A DNA stretch of 64,000 nucleotides from Carcharhinus amblyrhynchos (Eukaryota): NCBI GenBank assembly GCA_965287045.1, contig OZ336878.1, positions 53,630,001 to 53,694,000 of the forward strand, given 5' to 3'. The position numbers and the translations under genes are program-made. Every line of letters starts with the position of its first letter. Positions within the stretch are counted from its first letter, which is position 1. The notes beneath the pieces were generated by a model. The model did no database searches and was not told where the DNA came from. It saw only the letters and a program-made list of their open reading frames with translations. Shown here piece by piece: positions 24,630-37,904 of the stretch.

Positions 24630-24880
24630 GGGCTTTTCAATGGGAATTCCAGTTCACATGATCCATCTGCTGGATCAAGGGGAGCAGCTGGAGATTGTAA
24701 GGGAAGCCAGATCAATCAGGCAGCAGCAGCAGGGACTAGCACCAGATCATGCCTGCACGAGTCATGTGTATTAAGAGACACTTACTGAGACTTTTCCTAG
24801 GAGCTCATTCTCAGAAAGTTGTGCTTCAGCCACAAAGCTTTGAAGGAGCTTTGTTTGTTGATGTAGCCACACTTCCAGAT
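24630..24880 (+). pseudogene. PIF/Harbinger transposase N-terminal remnant
   Basis: 24789-24878 translates DFS*ELILRKLCFSHKALKELCLLM*PHFQ, resembling the Harbinger/HARBI1-type helix motif DLSEEQCLRRLRFSKEAVTELCHLL. Confidence 0.45.
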
Positions 24881-25232
24881 GGAGAACTTTGACTCTGGGA
24901 TAGAAGATGTCCATAGCTCTCAATGTTTAGACTTCCTCTTCCTATTTGTCTCCATTTGATTCCATCCTTGCTCATTGCCATTCACCCCACACCACCTCCA
25001 GCACACACATAAAACATATATTTCAATGATTCTCAAGACCATTATTTTCTAATCTGTGCAACATAATAATATCCCGCAGACTGCAACCTGAAAGGACACA
25101 TCAAATATGTGCGCAGCATTGACAACCAGATGATTAGTACATTGACTTTCAAGCAATAGAATATTTTAATCCGTTCTTTATGATTAATTGGCAAAGTCCA
25201 CTAATGCACTTCTGGCACGCTCTACAAAGCTT

Positions 25233-25562
25233 TCATAGCATCACAGAATCTCTACAGTGCAAAAGGAGACCATTCAGCCCATAGAGTCTGCATCGACCAC
25301 AATCCCACCCAGCCCCTATCCCCGTAGCCCCGTGTATTTACCCTGCTAGTCCCCCTGACACTAAGAGGCAATTTACCATGGCCAATCAACCTAACTTGCA
25401 CATCTTTGGACTATGGGAGGAAATTGGAGCACCCGAAGGAAACCCATGTGGACATGAGGAGAATATGCAAACTCTACACAGACAATAACCCAAGCCAGGA
25501 ATCGAACCTGGTCCCTGGCGCTGTGAGGCAGCAGTGCAAACGACTGTGGCACCGTGCAGCCG
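25233..25562 (-). mobile_element. HE1-type V-SINE
   Basis: Reverse complement of the 6691-7035 family (tRNA head, V-domain, CR1-type tail). Confidence 0.9.
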
Positions 25563-28164
25563 CATTGAGTAACATGACATGGTTAATGATTCACACCTCA
25601 GGATGTGCAAATTTGACCCTTTTCCTTCCATGCAACAATGAGTTAATTTGTCTCAATTAAATTTAGAAGGATAAAAGTTTCTCCAGAGTAAATCCCACCT
25701 CTGATTGGATTGGCAGCTACTCTCATCTCTTGGTAGATTTAACTTTTAATTATGTGAGGTATGTTCGCATCATAACAAACTTGGCTAATTCTATTCTTCC
25801 CAGCTGTCTTAATGTTTTGCCTTATTTGGTTAATTACCTAATACTGGGTTGCTCAAGAAACTCCAGCGGGATTAGGTCACGAGGAGAAACTGGAGCCTGA
25901 ATGGCAGCGAGTGCACAAGGGGAAATGCATCGCATTCCTCTTGGCTCCCCACAGAGGATCACCATCAGTACTCAGATACACTTCACATTGCAATATTAAA
26001 GAGGCGGCCTGCTGTAGGAAGGTCGAACAAACTGTGCTGTGTTTTGGTTGTGAGAGAGCCAGCTACCAGAACAGTTAATCACATAAACCATGTCCCAAGT
26101 TTCCCAGGACTCTGTCAAAGTGCCATCAGCAAATAGTGTTTCTGCCAGATGGGCAACGTCTATAGTATGGTCAAGCAGCTCAGATTTCAAGAGATAAGTA
26201 AGTTATACCAAACTCTTGCATTATTTTTATTTAATCTTTTTGCAACTTCCTCTCCTAAAGGTGCCAACTTGTGCCATACCTTCCTTCTACCAATACTAGT
26301 ACCTTTCTGCTGCCTGATCCAAGTGATGGTTCTTTACATAAGGCAGACCAGGCTATTTAGCATTGGCAGCCATCTCAACTGAGTTTGTTCTGTCCTCCAG
26401 CAGTGGTCCAAACAAAATGACTTTCTAGCAGGTATCGTTGCTGATTTAGATGTGGGAATTCACACAGGTTTTCCCACATTCCCATCCAGGGCCATTGAGT
26501 CCCCTTCTGGTTGAAATCAACTAGTTCCAGACAGACTCAAGATTCGACCTAAGCACTTTACTAATCTGTGTGACTAATCAATAAAACGAACAGTACTGTA
26601 AACCCACTGATCCATGTGGGAGCTATTTGTCATTTTTGAAAAATAAAGATGAGTTTTGATTAAAGAGAACACTGTTTGTTATGATTTCTTTGCCTTCTTA
26701 CAACTCTATCTGTAAGAGCACTTGATGGAAATGGAAAGAAGGGTTGTTATGCACCTGCTTTCTTGAAACGTGGAGAGTTCTAATTTTTCAGTTAAATGCA
26801 GCTACTTACACATTTACAGAGTATTCAAAACTTGTGTTTTTAAAAATCCCCATATTATATGTGGCATGGAACATCTCTGAATTGGACATTATCTAACTGG
26901 AAAAGTGTCAAATTTCTTTTATTTATGGGAGAGATGGAGACCAGTAGAGCAACATGGAATATAGGTGTGTGTGTGTGAGTGTATGATGTAACACAGGAGT
27001 GCAATGTATGTGTGCTGGACATGTATGTCTGTGAGTAAACTGTGGCTCTGAAATTCAACAAGGTTCTCCTGGGCTCTCATTATGACACCGACAGGAGATG
27101 AATGGAACCCTGTGAGAAATGGCAAATTGACCTTTTTTTGCCATTTTCACTGCTTCCTCAAGGGCTCCAAAGAACGTCCACAGAACTGAAGTCCCATTGC
27201 CAGTGTGCAAGTTATGTGTAGCCATACAAATGTGAAAGGTGAGGCACTGCTCAGTAGCAAACTCACCCTGATGATAAGCATCATAATGTAAAGAGGTGGA
27301 GGAGCCTGACTTTTTCTGTAACTCATTTGCAGATCAGGAAAAAAAAGTAATTCCCACAATTTACAATTCATATTTGGTCCAAGCACGAATCCACTTTTAG
27401 TTTAGTTTTACTTGTTCCCCTTTTTGACACACTAAATTAAGAAATCCTAAACAGATATGTGATGATTTTCCAATCTTACAGTATTTCTAAAACTGAATTC
27501 TGCAGCTATTTCTTTCTGGAATCAGTAATGGAGTTTGATCAGCACATAGATCCTATAAAATTTAAGTGCTCATCAAATCTCTCTTTTCATTACTTTCTCA
27601 CTCAACTCTCCACTATTCTTCCCTCCTCCCCGCTATCTTAAGAACTTAATACAATTCTCTGTTCAAGAGAGACAGGAAGGCGCCTTTAACTGTTTCAATC
27701 GGTCACTGCGGTTACTGAAAAGTTCCAATTGAACTTTTGCTACAGTTCTTATTTAATGGCTCTTGGTTCTGGTGGTTAAGAGTTTGTGTTTGAAATTCTT
27801 ACACTGATTGAAACAATGAGAAGATGCAACTGAAGTCCTCCCTTTCATGTGCATTTAATTTACAGAGTGCCCCGTATGTGTAAACATTCTTTACCAACCA
27901 AAAATCAGAACGATAGATATAGCATTTCCCCCATGTAAGATAAACAAGGGCAATAGTTAAAGAAAGGTGAATGGCATATATATCGTAAAACAACATGAAT
28001 TTTTTAAATGTGTTGTTTCTGGTGCTCCAAGAATACCAGGCCTGAGATATTGCGGTGGGATGCATCCTGACATAAAAACCCATCTGGAACGTACACCACT
28101 AACTATGACAAATTGCCAGCTTTCCTTCATTTGTCTGCCAACACTATGGATGCATCCATGTACA

Positions 28165-28705
28165 GGTTTGGTCTCCTTATCTGAAGAAGGATGTTCTACT
28201 ATGGAGGGGGTCAGCAAAGGTTTACCAGTCTATTTCCTTGGATTGCAAGACTGAGGACAGATTGAGTCAGTTAGGATTATATTCACTGGAGTTTAAAAGA
28301 ACGGAGAGGCGAGAAGTGGAGGGGTAGGGGATGCGGATCTCATAGAAATACATAAACAGGTCGAGTCAGGGTAGATGCTGGAAGGATGTTCCCGATTTTG
28401 GTAAGTGTCCAGAACCAGAGGTCACAGAGTAAAGATATGGGGTAAATCATTTAGGATTGACATGAGGGGAAATTTCTTCATCCAGGGAGGATGAGCCTGT
28501 GGAATTCATTACCACAGAAAGCAGTTGGCCCAAAACATTGTATGTTTTCACGAAGGAGTTAGATATAGTTCTTGGGGTTAAAGGGAACTGAGGATATGGG
28601 GTGAAAGTGAGAACAGATTACTGAGTTGGATGATCAGCCATGATCATAATGAATAGTGGAGCAGGCTTGAAAGGCCAAATGGCCTCTTCCTGTTCCTATT
28701 TTACA
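28165..28705 (+). mobile_element. CR1 3' fragment (older)
   Basis: tttggtctccttatctgaagaaggatg...gatcagccatgatcataatgaatagtggagcaggcttgaaaggccaaatggcctcttcctgttcctatttt. Confidence 0.85.
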
Positions 28706-30576
28706 TGTCTCTCTGTTTCTATCCAATGTGCCACCCACTCATGAGCCTGGGAAATCCAATTGAAGGTATCCTATCTTCGTCAGTTCTCTGCAAGAGAAGA
28801 AAACACAGCCGCCTTGGTTCCCTTTTTAAGGGAGCTGCCTTCAAATTGCATAAACAAATTGTCCCTGAAATTCTTGGGTGTTCGTCTGTGGTCCTTACAT
28901 CCAGACAGGCAGATTTAATTTCAACGAAACCAATCTGGGTAACCAATGTGTAATAAACTTGCAATAGTATGAGGTATCAACAAGGACGCTGTTTTAATCA
29001 CAAAGGTGATTCATTTAACAGGCACAAAGTAAAAATATATACAGGCACAACAACTGCAGCACAGGTCTTCCAGCCTTTACTCCCGGGCTCTCACCAAGAG
29101 TCACCTGGTCCACAGACCATGCACACTTTCTCCCCATTGACCAAGATTTGTGCAGTTCCAATCCATAGGCGCCAGGTAGGCCATGAGATCTGTAATCGCC
29201 TCTTAAAGGGGCCACACGACCACAAAACTCTGTTGTGGTTCTTTCAACACAATCACTCGCTATCCCAAACATGCTATTGACTATTAAAATAGTGCAGAAA
29301 GGAATTCTGTATGTATGTGTTCATCAGTAAATTATCAACGGAAATCAAACTCCAATTGAGAAGAGATGAGTACAATATGTTTCCCATATGAAATAACATA
29401 AGTATCACCATTGTTTAAACTTAACATATTAGAAATGTCCTTTGATCATCAGTGTCCATAGATTTGTAATCCAATGTGAGTAAACACCTCTTGATAAAAA
29501 GTAATCTAACACTAACTTCAGCAAATAGAACTGCTACTAAGCACCGTGCTAATTCTAGAAATCAGTCTCTGCATTGGTTCCCAGGGGAGAATTTCAGGAC
29601 TTTGTGTAAGTTTGGGGAAGTAAAGGGGGAGGTTTGAAGGCAATCCTGATACCTCCTTTCACCACACAAAGTAAATGGCGTGCTCAGTATTTGTTAGAAT
29701 TGAGCCCAGATAAACACTTCGTTGGTCCAAGCATAATATTCCAAAGTGCAGCTCCACTCACATTCCCATTGTATAGAACCTTGAGTCAAGCTTAATCCCA
29801 ATTCAAGCAAAACATTTCTCCACTTAAAAGTTATCCATTTGCCAGAATGTTGGCTGTCTCATCTCCCACAGGAGGAACTGTAGAGCCTCATTTGGAATTT
29901 TCTGAGCTGCCTTGTCCATGAAACAGCAGCTAAAAGTAAAATAGTTTTTTAAAAAAACAAAGAGTTGACTATGGAGGCAGATCAGTCTAATTTGTATCAG
30001 GTTAAAGAGGCGCCGACTCTCTGAAAAAATGCTTGGAAGTGTTTTTACCTTGAAGAAAGAAACTTTGACCATTATTGAGTCTGAAATTCTGATTATTGAA
30101 ATTCACATATGATCACCTAACACACACATACTACTATTCAGTATTTTATACATCTATTAATTCAGGTTTGTTTTGACGCCAGTATCAGATCATGCTGAAT
30201 TTGGGTGTTGAATTGCATGTGATGAAATTTCCTAAGTTCATTTTGTGTTACTAACACCTGTACATTCACCCTGCAAAACTTTCCTAATCGCTGGGAGTAA
30301 TTAACCTAGACAGCAGGTTAATAATGAAAAAAAGAGTAACACAGCTACAACGTGTCCACTGCAGAGTGAGGCAGGGCAGAGTGGAGAGGGGCTGAGGGGG
30401 GTGGGGGAGGGGTGGAAATTGATCTACGCTCAGGAGGCAGGTTGGTAACTGAAATGTTTTAAGCAGGTTGCCTTCCTCAATTTTTATTTGTCATCATCTT
30501 GGGCCAGACCTCCCAACTTTTGGTACAATTTGGTTTGGGACCAGGCACATTTCATTCAAAGTAGACGAAGTATGAG

Positions 30577-31790
30577 ATAGAACATAGAACACTACAGCAC
30601 AAACAGGCCCTTCGGCCCACGAGTTGCGCCGATCACATCAACACCTACCAATCCATAGACCTATCTATAACCCCCAATCCCATTAAATCCCATATACTCA
30701 TCCAGAAGTCTTTTAAAAGACCCCAGCGAGTTTTCCTCCACCACCACTGACGGCAGCTGATTCCATTCACTCACCACCCTCTGAGTGAAAAACTTACCCC
30801 TAACATCACTTCTGTACTTGCCTCCCCGGACCTTAAATCTGTGTCCTCTCGTAGCGACCATTTCAACCCGGGGAAGTAGCCTCTGAGAATCCACCCTATC
30901 TATTCCTCTCAACATTTTATAAACCTCTATCAGGTCGCCTCTGAACCTTTGTCTCTCCAGGGAGAAGAGTCCCAGCTCCCCTTCATAGCGAGGGGGATTG
31001 AATATAAAAGTAGGGAGGTCTTGCTGCAGCTGTATAGGGCATTGGTGAGGCCGCAGCTGGAGTACTGTGTGCAGTTTTGGGCGCCGCACCTGCGCAAGGA
31101 TATTTTGGCCTTGGAGGGAGTGCAGAGGAGGTTTACTAGGCTGATACCGGAGTTGAGGGGGTTGAGCTATGAGGAGAGGCTGAATAAACTAGGCTTGTAC
31201 TCGTTAGAGTTTAGAAGAATGAGGGGAGATCTCATTGAGACGTATAAGATGATGAATGGGATGGATAGGATAGAGGTGGAAAGACTCTTCCCGCTCAAAA
31301 AAGACAGTAGGACTAGGGGGCACAGCCTCAAGATAAAGGGGGGGAGGTTCAGAACGGAGTTGAGGAGGAACTTCTTCACTCAAAGGGTGGTGAATCTCTG
31401 GAATTCTCTGCCCGTTGAAGTGGTGGAGGCTGCCTTGCTAAATATTTTTAAGAAGCGGGTTGATGGGTTTTTGACAAGAGAGGGGATTAAGGGTTATGGG
31501 GAGAGGGCGGGAAAGTGGAACTGAGCCACGACAGATCAGCCATGATCTTATTGAATGGCGGGGCAGGCTCGAAGGGCCAGATGGCCTACTCCTGCTCCTA
31601 TTTCTTATGTTCTTATGTTCTTATGTTCCCTCAACCTATCTTCATAAGGCATGCCTCCCAATCCAGGCAACATCCTTGTAAATCTCCTCTGTACCCTTTC
31701 AATAGCTTCTACGTCCTTCCTATAGTGAGGCGACCAGAACTGCGCACAGTACTCCAAGTGAGGCCTGACAAGGGTCTTATTAAGTTGCAA
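30577..31790 (-). mobile_element. Young CR1 (HER1-like) 3' fragment split by an antiparallel CR1
   Basis: ORFs 31605-31790(-) and 30661-30980(-) join into one CR1 C-terminus; ATAGAAC tail at 30577-30590. Confidence 0.92.
30981..31628 (+). mobile_element. CR1 family A 3' fragment, open frame
   Basis: ORF 30949-31524 FIARGIEYKSREVLLQLY...WN*; (TTCTTATG)3; TCCC on both sides. Confidence 0.95.
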
Positions 31791-32596
31791 GATCCTAGGT
31801 ACTTACTAATGAGGATGGAGGTGCAAGATTTCATGAGTTTTGAACAAACAAAATAAACTTCATGAGAGACGATCAGAAAAATAAAACAATTTACAATGCC
31901 TATTTTATACTCTAACATTCAGAATTAATAGGCGGTAAATGTGAATTAACTGGCAAGCTGTGGTCTAACACTATGCTGCTCACTAAATGGCAGATGTGAT
32001 CTGCATATGTTCCATTAACTTCTCAACAACCCACCCAGATATTTGTATTCACAATCTCAAAAAATTCTAGTGTCCCTTATGAGGGATTGTAAGTCTTCAC
32101 TCTTCCCTTTCGAAGATCTAGACCCAGAATTCCTTCCTAAAGCCACTCCAACTCAGATTGCCTCAGCAATTGCTCACCTTCCAGAGTTTCAAACTCGTCT
32201 CCCGAGACCATGTTCTGTTGGTTTCCCACAGGCACAACTCCAGCTCTTCAGCCACACTGAATAGAAGACCATTGCTCTAAAGCAGGTTTCCAAAACTTTT
32301 CCATCCACGGAACCCTTCTGACCTCCAGAAGAGAACTGACTGAACCATGGACGGGGTGATGGGCTGAAGGGCCTTTATTCTGTGCTGTAGACCTCTATGA
32401 CTCTATGCTGAAGAGTTAAATCACAAATAAATGATTGATGTTATGCAATGGATGCAGTGCAATGTGTTGGGCCACAGGTTGCCTGTGAATTCACATTTAC
32501 CACATTCGAGAGCGGAAAAAGGGAAACAACAGAGACAAATAATATCAGAATCATTCACTTCCAGTTAAGGAACAGTAGAGGAGATAATACATTGCT

Positions 32597-33446
32597 GGGT
32601 GCGATATTACAGCCTCCTCATGCCCAACTTTCGGCAAGGCAAGGTGGTAAGATCAGGTGGGAGGTGGAAAATCAGAAACCAACCCAGTTTTTCACCTCCG
32701 CTGATCTTACTGCTTCTTTTGCATGCAAAATCTGCCTTGGATGTAGACTTTGCCTGAGCTCACTGGTGAAGCCAGCTGCTGAGCAGTTAGGGCGCCATTG
32801 TGCATGCACCCCGGTCACCCAGTGTCCTGGGAGATCTCCTACTGCCCTCCCCACCCCACCCCAGCCACCCAGCGACATCGAAGAATAGCCCCTCCTTCGC
32901 CGATCAACCCCTGTGCTGATCTACACCCCCCCTTACCAATCACCTCCATCTGCAGGGTTCTCTTCCTCCCCGATCACCACCCCTGCAGAATTCCCTTTCT
33001 CCCACCTCTCACCCTGTCTGCAGATTTCTCTCCTTCCCTCCCACCATTTACAGAGTTCCCTCCGTTATCCACGCCTCCCCCCCAATCACCCTATTTGCAG
33101 AATTCCCTCCTTCCTACCCCTGTGGAGCTCCTCTTCCCTCCCCTCCCGTCCCCCCTCTTGTTGCTCCACCCTTACTCAGGCCCCATCCCCTGAGAACCCC
33201 ACCGAGCAGGGAAGGTCAAGTAAGCCTAGACAATAGCACCTGAGACTTGCTAATGACATTTAATTGATGTTAGTAATATTGAAATCGTCTTCACGCCGAG
33301 GAAGGGCGCAAAGCCAATTTCGCTGGTAGAATGGGCCAGTAAGATTGGGGAGGTGAAAAACTGGGTGCGATTCTCGTTTTTTGCCTCTCACCCTATGTCA
33401 CCACCTCATTGAACGATGGGCAGGTCAAGATCGTAAGATCATGCCC
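32597..33446. mobile_element. Non-autonomous DNA transposon (Harbinger-type MITE) inserted in a CR1 endonuclease remnant
   Basis: GGGTGCGATATTAC..ACCCAGTTTTTCACCTCC..ATCTTACTG versus CAGTAAGAT..GGAGGTGAAAAACTGGGT..GTAAGATCATGCCC; C-rich interior; host reads LRNSRGDNTLL / VY..P.NSG. Confidence 0.75.
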
Positions 33447-33669
33447 TGCAGAGTGTATATCATGAGCCACTAAATAGTGGGTCAGACAAAGTGGAGCAAA
33501 TTTGCAGGCAAACTGCAGAAAATTGCAGAAGTATTAGAGTAGTGATATTTGGTGATATTATTCTAATATAGACTTGGGCGGTAACAGCATGAAGGGAAGA
33601 CAGCCCTGAAATGTGTACAAGTGAACTTTCTTGACTATTTTTAACAAGAGAAAAGCTAATTAACTGTCC

Positions 33670-34005
33670 TTAGCATTCAATGCAGCAGTCTGGAATCAGG
33701 TGACATAAATAACTTCCCACAGTCCACCATCCATTGCTGTGGAAAGGTGATGGCGCAAAGAAAATGAGAATAACAGTTACTTTCACAGTGTGAATTCTCT
33801 TCAAGCTCTGAGGCTGCAGGTCTGATTGATGTTGGAAATAGTCATTGGTTCGCACTTGGGTGTCACAAATGTTACTTGCCACTTATCAGCCCAGGCCTGA
33901 ATGTCATCCCGAACTTGCTGCATGTGAGCGTGCACTGCTTCATTACCTACAGAGTTGAGAATGGAACTGAATACTGTGCAATACCAACAAATATATCAAC
34001 TCCTC
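33670..34005 (-). mobile_element. Crack/Daphne-like LINE fragment
   Basis: ttgccacttatcagcccaggcctgaatgtcatcccgaacttgctgcatg is the reverse of the QAWADKW region. Confidence 0.7.
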
Positions 34006-34424
34006 TAAACCGCAAGTAATTTCTCAAATTTCAGCAAAGACAGGGGAAAGTAATTAGTACCTAACTTGCAAGTTGATAATGATCCCCTTAAATAGCATTG
34101 GTGTAATTTCTGATTGCTGAACACACTTTCAGCTGTCCTTATTTTAGACAGACATTAATGTGAGTGGTGTGATCCAAAGTGACCTATTTTCATTCCAAAA
34201 TGATATATGGTGTCAGGTGACTTGCTGACATCATGCCTATCCTGCTCACTTCCAGTGCATACACATAATACTTGTGCTAAAGATCTCAGTAGAGTGGTTT
34301 TCAACAAGGGCCATGCTGGGACTGGGCGAAACTTGCACGAATACCATTTTGTTACTAATTCAGCAACCATAGCACTGAGATTAGCTTCACTATGAACACA
34401 TTTTCTAGCTACTATGGTTAAAAT

Positions 34425-34595
34425 TGCATTACTTCAAAGAAGAGCAGGAGAATTATCCCTGGTGTCCTGGCCAATATTTATCCCTCAATCAACATCAAGG
34501 AATAAAAGGTTATTACTCAAGGTGATTACGACTTTGCTGTCTATAGGAACTTGCTGCGCTCAAATTGGTTGCTTCATTTCCTACATTGAGACATA
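34425..34595 (+). mobile_element. DeuSINE (SacSINE1-like) remnant
   Basis: gaagagcaggagaattatccctggtgtcctggccaatatttatccctcaatcaacatc...gctgcgctcaaattggttgcttcatttcctacatt matches the recalled Deu-domain 3' part and SacSINE1 body. Confidence 0.7.
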
Positions 34596-34764
34596 GAATT
34601 CAATAGCAAATATGATATGCCACAGATTTAGAACACATTATTTAGGCCCTAGCTGGAACATTGTGTATAATTCTGGGCACCAGACTCAAGAAAGTGTAAA
34701 ACCCTGTGTACACTTGCAACAACAGAGAATGTTAACGGGGAATTTGATAGAGATGTTCAAAATC

Positions 34765-34955
34765 ATTTTTTTTATTAGTTCATGGAACATGGGCATCATT
34801 GGCTGGCCAAGATTTATTGTCCATCCCTAGTTGCCCTAGTTCAGAGGGCAGTTGAGAGTCAACCATATTGCTGTGGCTCTGGAGTCACATGTAGGTCAGA
34901 CCAGGTAAGGATAGCAGATTTCCTTCCCTTAAGGACATTAGTGAACCAGATGGAT
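34765..34955 (-). mobile_element. SINE family S1 3' fragment
   Basis: Same tail and body as 1112-1290. Confidence 0.85.
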
Positions 34956-35437
34956 CCTATTCAACAACATGAAGACATTTCTCTTAACTTCTCTCCACAC
35001 TCTTGGTTTCCCAACCAGAGAAAATAGATGCTCCCTACTTACCTCATAAAATTACTTCATAAATTTTTTTAAAATTCCAGTAAATATCTTCAAAGCTTTC
35101 ATTATGCCACTGGAATTATTCCCAGTATTTCAAATATTTCCACACGAATGTAATTTCCCATCATTGGCACTGTTTGGCTGAATCCATGTTCTCTTTCATT
35201 TCAAGTTTCCTTTCTGAAATGAAGCGCCCAAAGTTGTGCTAAGCATTTCAACCATGATTATGACTTCTTAACTCTTGTGCTGGATGCCTCTACTTATAAA
35301 ATGCTGTTTGTAATTCCTGCTGCATTTCTTGGTCTCTGTCAAGAGGATGGTGCTGCTGGGGATGAGTCAGACCTATGGAAGTGACCAAACCTGGAACTAC
35401 AAGTTCCTACTGATCAGATCAGGAGGAATGCACACTA

Positions 35438-35482
35438 ATAATATTCCTTATAGATAATATTCCTTACAGATAATGTTCCTTA
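35438..35482. repeat. 16-bp tandem repeat x ~2.8
   Basis: ATAATATTCCTTATAG ATAATATTCCTTACAG ATAATGTTCCTTA. Confidence 0.8.
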
Positions 35483-36433
35483 ATTCATTTGTTTTAAATT
35501 GGATCCACTGGATTTCATTAACCGAATAAGATAAACTGCATTTTCAGTAAATGCATTTAGATATTCTTTTTGAGATTTTACCAATGTTCTTGGGTCATAT
35601 TCCGTAGCTATGTGGACTTAGGAATAAGATCAGTAACTTTTGAGTTCTGCACAATGCAAGTAGCCTTTAAGGTACAATAGAAGTTTGGCTGTCTGAGACG
35701 AATCCGTTTCAATTTCTTGCAAACTGTGTTAAAGAAAAAAGGCAGTTTTATGACCAAATCAAAAATAGCCTGAGCAAGCACAAAGCCAAAGTCTTGTGAA
35801 GGAAAACAATGATCTGCTCTTTAATTTGGCTTTAATGAGTTCAAGAATTAATGAATTCAAACTATTGCCATCCAAAAAAAAAGTTATTTTTCCCTGAGTT
35901 ATGATATGTGAAGAGAACGTTAATTCTAGCACATGGTGACATGGACTGTTATGCAGTTTCCATTTAATTTGAATTCAATTGCACTGACTATAATTAAAAT
36001 ATGATTTTGCCTATCAATATCTAGTCAGGTACAACAAATGTGGACACATGTACTGCAGTGATCCAGCATGATGCCTTCATTTAACTAATGAGAAACTGTT
36101 TTTGCTTAATGCAATACATGATGGGAAATAAATAACTTGCAAATATATAACACTCTCCACAACTCAGGGTTAAAAATAACAAGTTGTGGTCCAGTTGATT
36201 AAGGTAATAAGATTTCAGTGTTCCTGATTGTTGATCGGTTTGATGTCCCAATGCGCTTTGAAAGCAATGGACTACTCCTGAAGTGCAGCTGTTGTTGCTA
36301 TGTGACCAAATCTTTTCAATTTCTATGTTGTATTCCATACCCCTTTCATTAACTATTCCAGTTAATTAAAGGATTATTTAATGCAACTTATCAATTAGTC
36401 CCCAGTCAGTAGTTCTGGGTAATCCCCAACTAT

Positions 36434-37507
36434 GGAGGCGATTCTCCAAAAAAGTGCTGAACTGGTGGGAAAACTGTTCTAGATCACGACTGTTTTTTTC
36501 AGTGCAGCTTCAGACCTGAATCTCTGCACTCTGTGCACTGCAGAATTCACAATTTTGAATATTGAAAACTGAGGGGTTAGGGGTGGGGGTAGGCCTATTC
36601 TCACCAGAGTCTGACAGTTCTGGAACTCTGCGCACGTGCAGTGGTTCTGATCTGTCAGTCTCCCCGCTTGGGAGCTAGCTCATTCGCTGGCCAGCCTGGG
36701 ACCCCCCGCACTGCTGCTCCTCCAGCTGTCCATCCATGGCCTGACTGTGGCCCCCACAGCAATTCCTGGCCCAGCCCTGATCCCCCACCCCTTCGCCTGG
36801 AGTGCCTCAGTGTCCAGCGCACCACTGCTGTGGCAATCCTCCCACCTCTCTCACCCTGGTAGATCCCCACCCCCGCTGATTCCCCTGAGGTCAGACCACC
36901 CCCCCAGGAGGTAGGCCCCCCCTTGGCAGATCATCCCCACTCTCAGCCTGCCCCAATTGCTGCCCTCTCTCCAGCCCAGACCAATCCCAATGCAGAGTGG
37001 CAGCGGGATTCCCCACCTCTACCAATCACCCCAGGCCCTGCCCATAATAGGCCCCGTGCCAGATGCCCATTTGGCAGTGCCAAGGTGTCCCCTGGGCAAG
37101 GGCACTTTGCACTTTGGGCAGTGCTGGGGGCACAGGCTGGCATTGTCAGGGTGCCCATGGTCCAGGGGCTCAACTCCCCCCCCCAACCCTCTGTGGGGCC
37201 CTGATTGCCACCCTTTGGGTCTCCCGCTAGTTCCCCAAATGTGGGGAGCTGCTCTAAACCCCGTCAGAATGAAGTACTCCTGGCAGGGTGGGAGATGCTA
37301 TTGGGCTCAGCAAGTTCTGTTCCAGGCCCGATAATCACATGCAAAATACATTTAAAATAATTCAAATGACTTACCTCTCTTCCCACAGGTTTTCAGCTCG
37401 GTCTCAATGTGACTGTTCTCCAGCTGTGGGAAAATCCCGCAAAATGGTCAACATGCGATTTTCCCCACCGGACCCGCTGGAAAAGTTGCAATGGGAGAAC
37501 CCAGCTC
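36434..37507. mobile_element. GC-rich non-autonomous DNA transposon (Harbinger-type MITE)
   Basis: Ends GGAGGCGATTCTCC..CTGGTGGGAAAA and TTTTCCCCACCGG..GGAGAACCCAGCTC; TAT on both flanks; GC-rich interior in AT-rich context. Confidence 0.65.
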
Positions 37508-37904
37508 TATGTTTTTGAATGGCAGTAATTACCAGAGGTTGATATGATGTCAAATCAGCTCAAAAAGTGAATCTGCATCATTTAATTAATAGATTTGAGA
37601 TGCAGGAGAAATGTGATATAACTAAAGGGGCTGAGAGACTGTCCTTCGGGAAACAGAGTCAATTTCAACAAGGCTTGACTAGAATCAGTGTTAAAAATAA
37701 CAGGCTTTATTCTAGTTGTTTATGTTAATAGGATTTTAATACTGCTGATTGTCGATTTGTTTGACTACGCATGTGCACACGTGTATAAATGTAAATGATG
37801 TGCATTTGATTTTATTTCTGGAATATTCTATGCATTTATATTTTCCACATTTACTCTGGATATTGTGAATTGTTTAGACTGAGTTTGTTGTTGCATGTTT
37901 CTAA

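Noticed and set aside
32798-33236. Proline-rich ORFs
   Set aside because: Arise from the C-rich interior of a MITE
35043-35215. Minus-strand exon with strong GAG|GTAAGT donor
   Set aside because: Stops in all three frames and resembles decayed LINE sequence
36641-37334. CpG island or promoter with overlapping ORFs
   Set aside because: GC-rich but CpG-depleted and bounded by transposon-like termini
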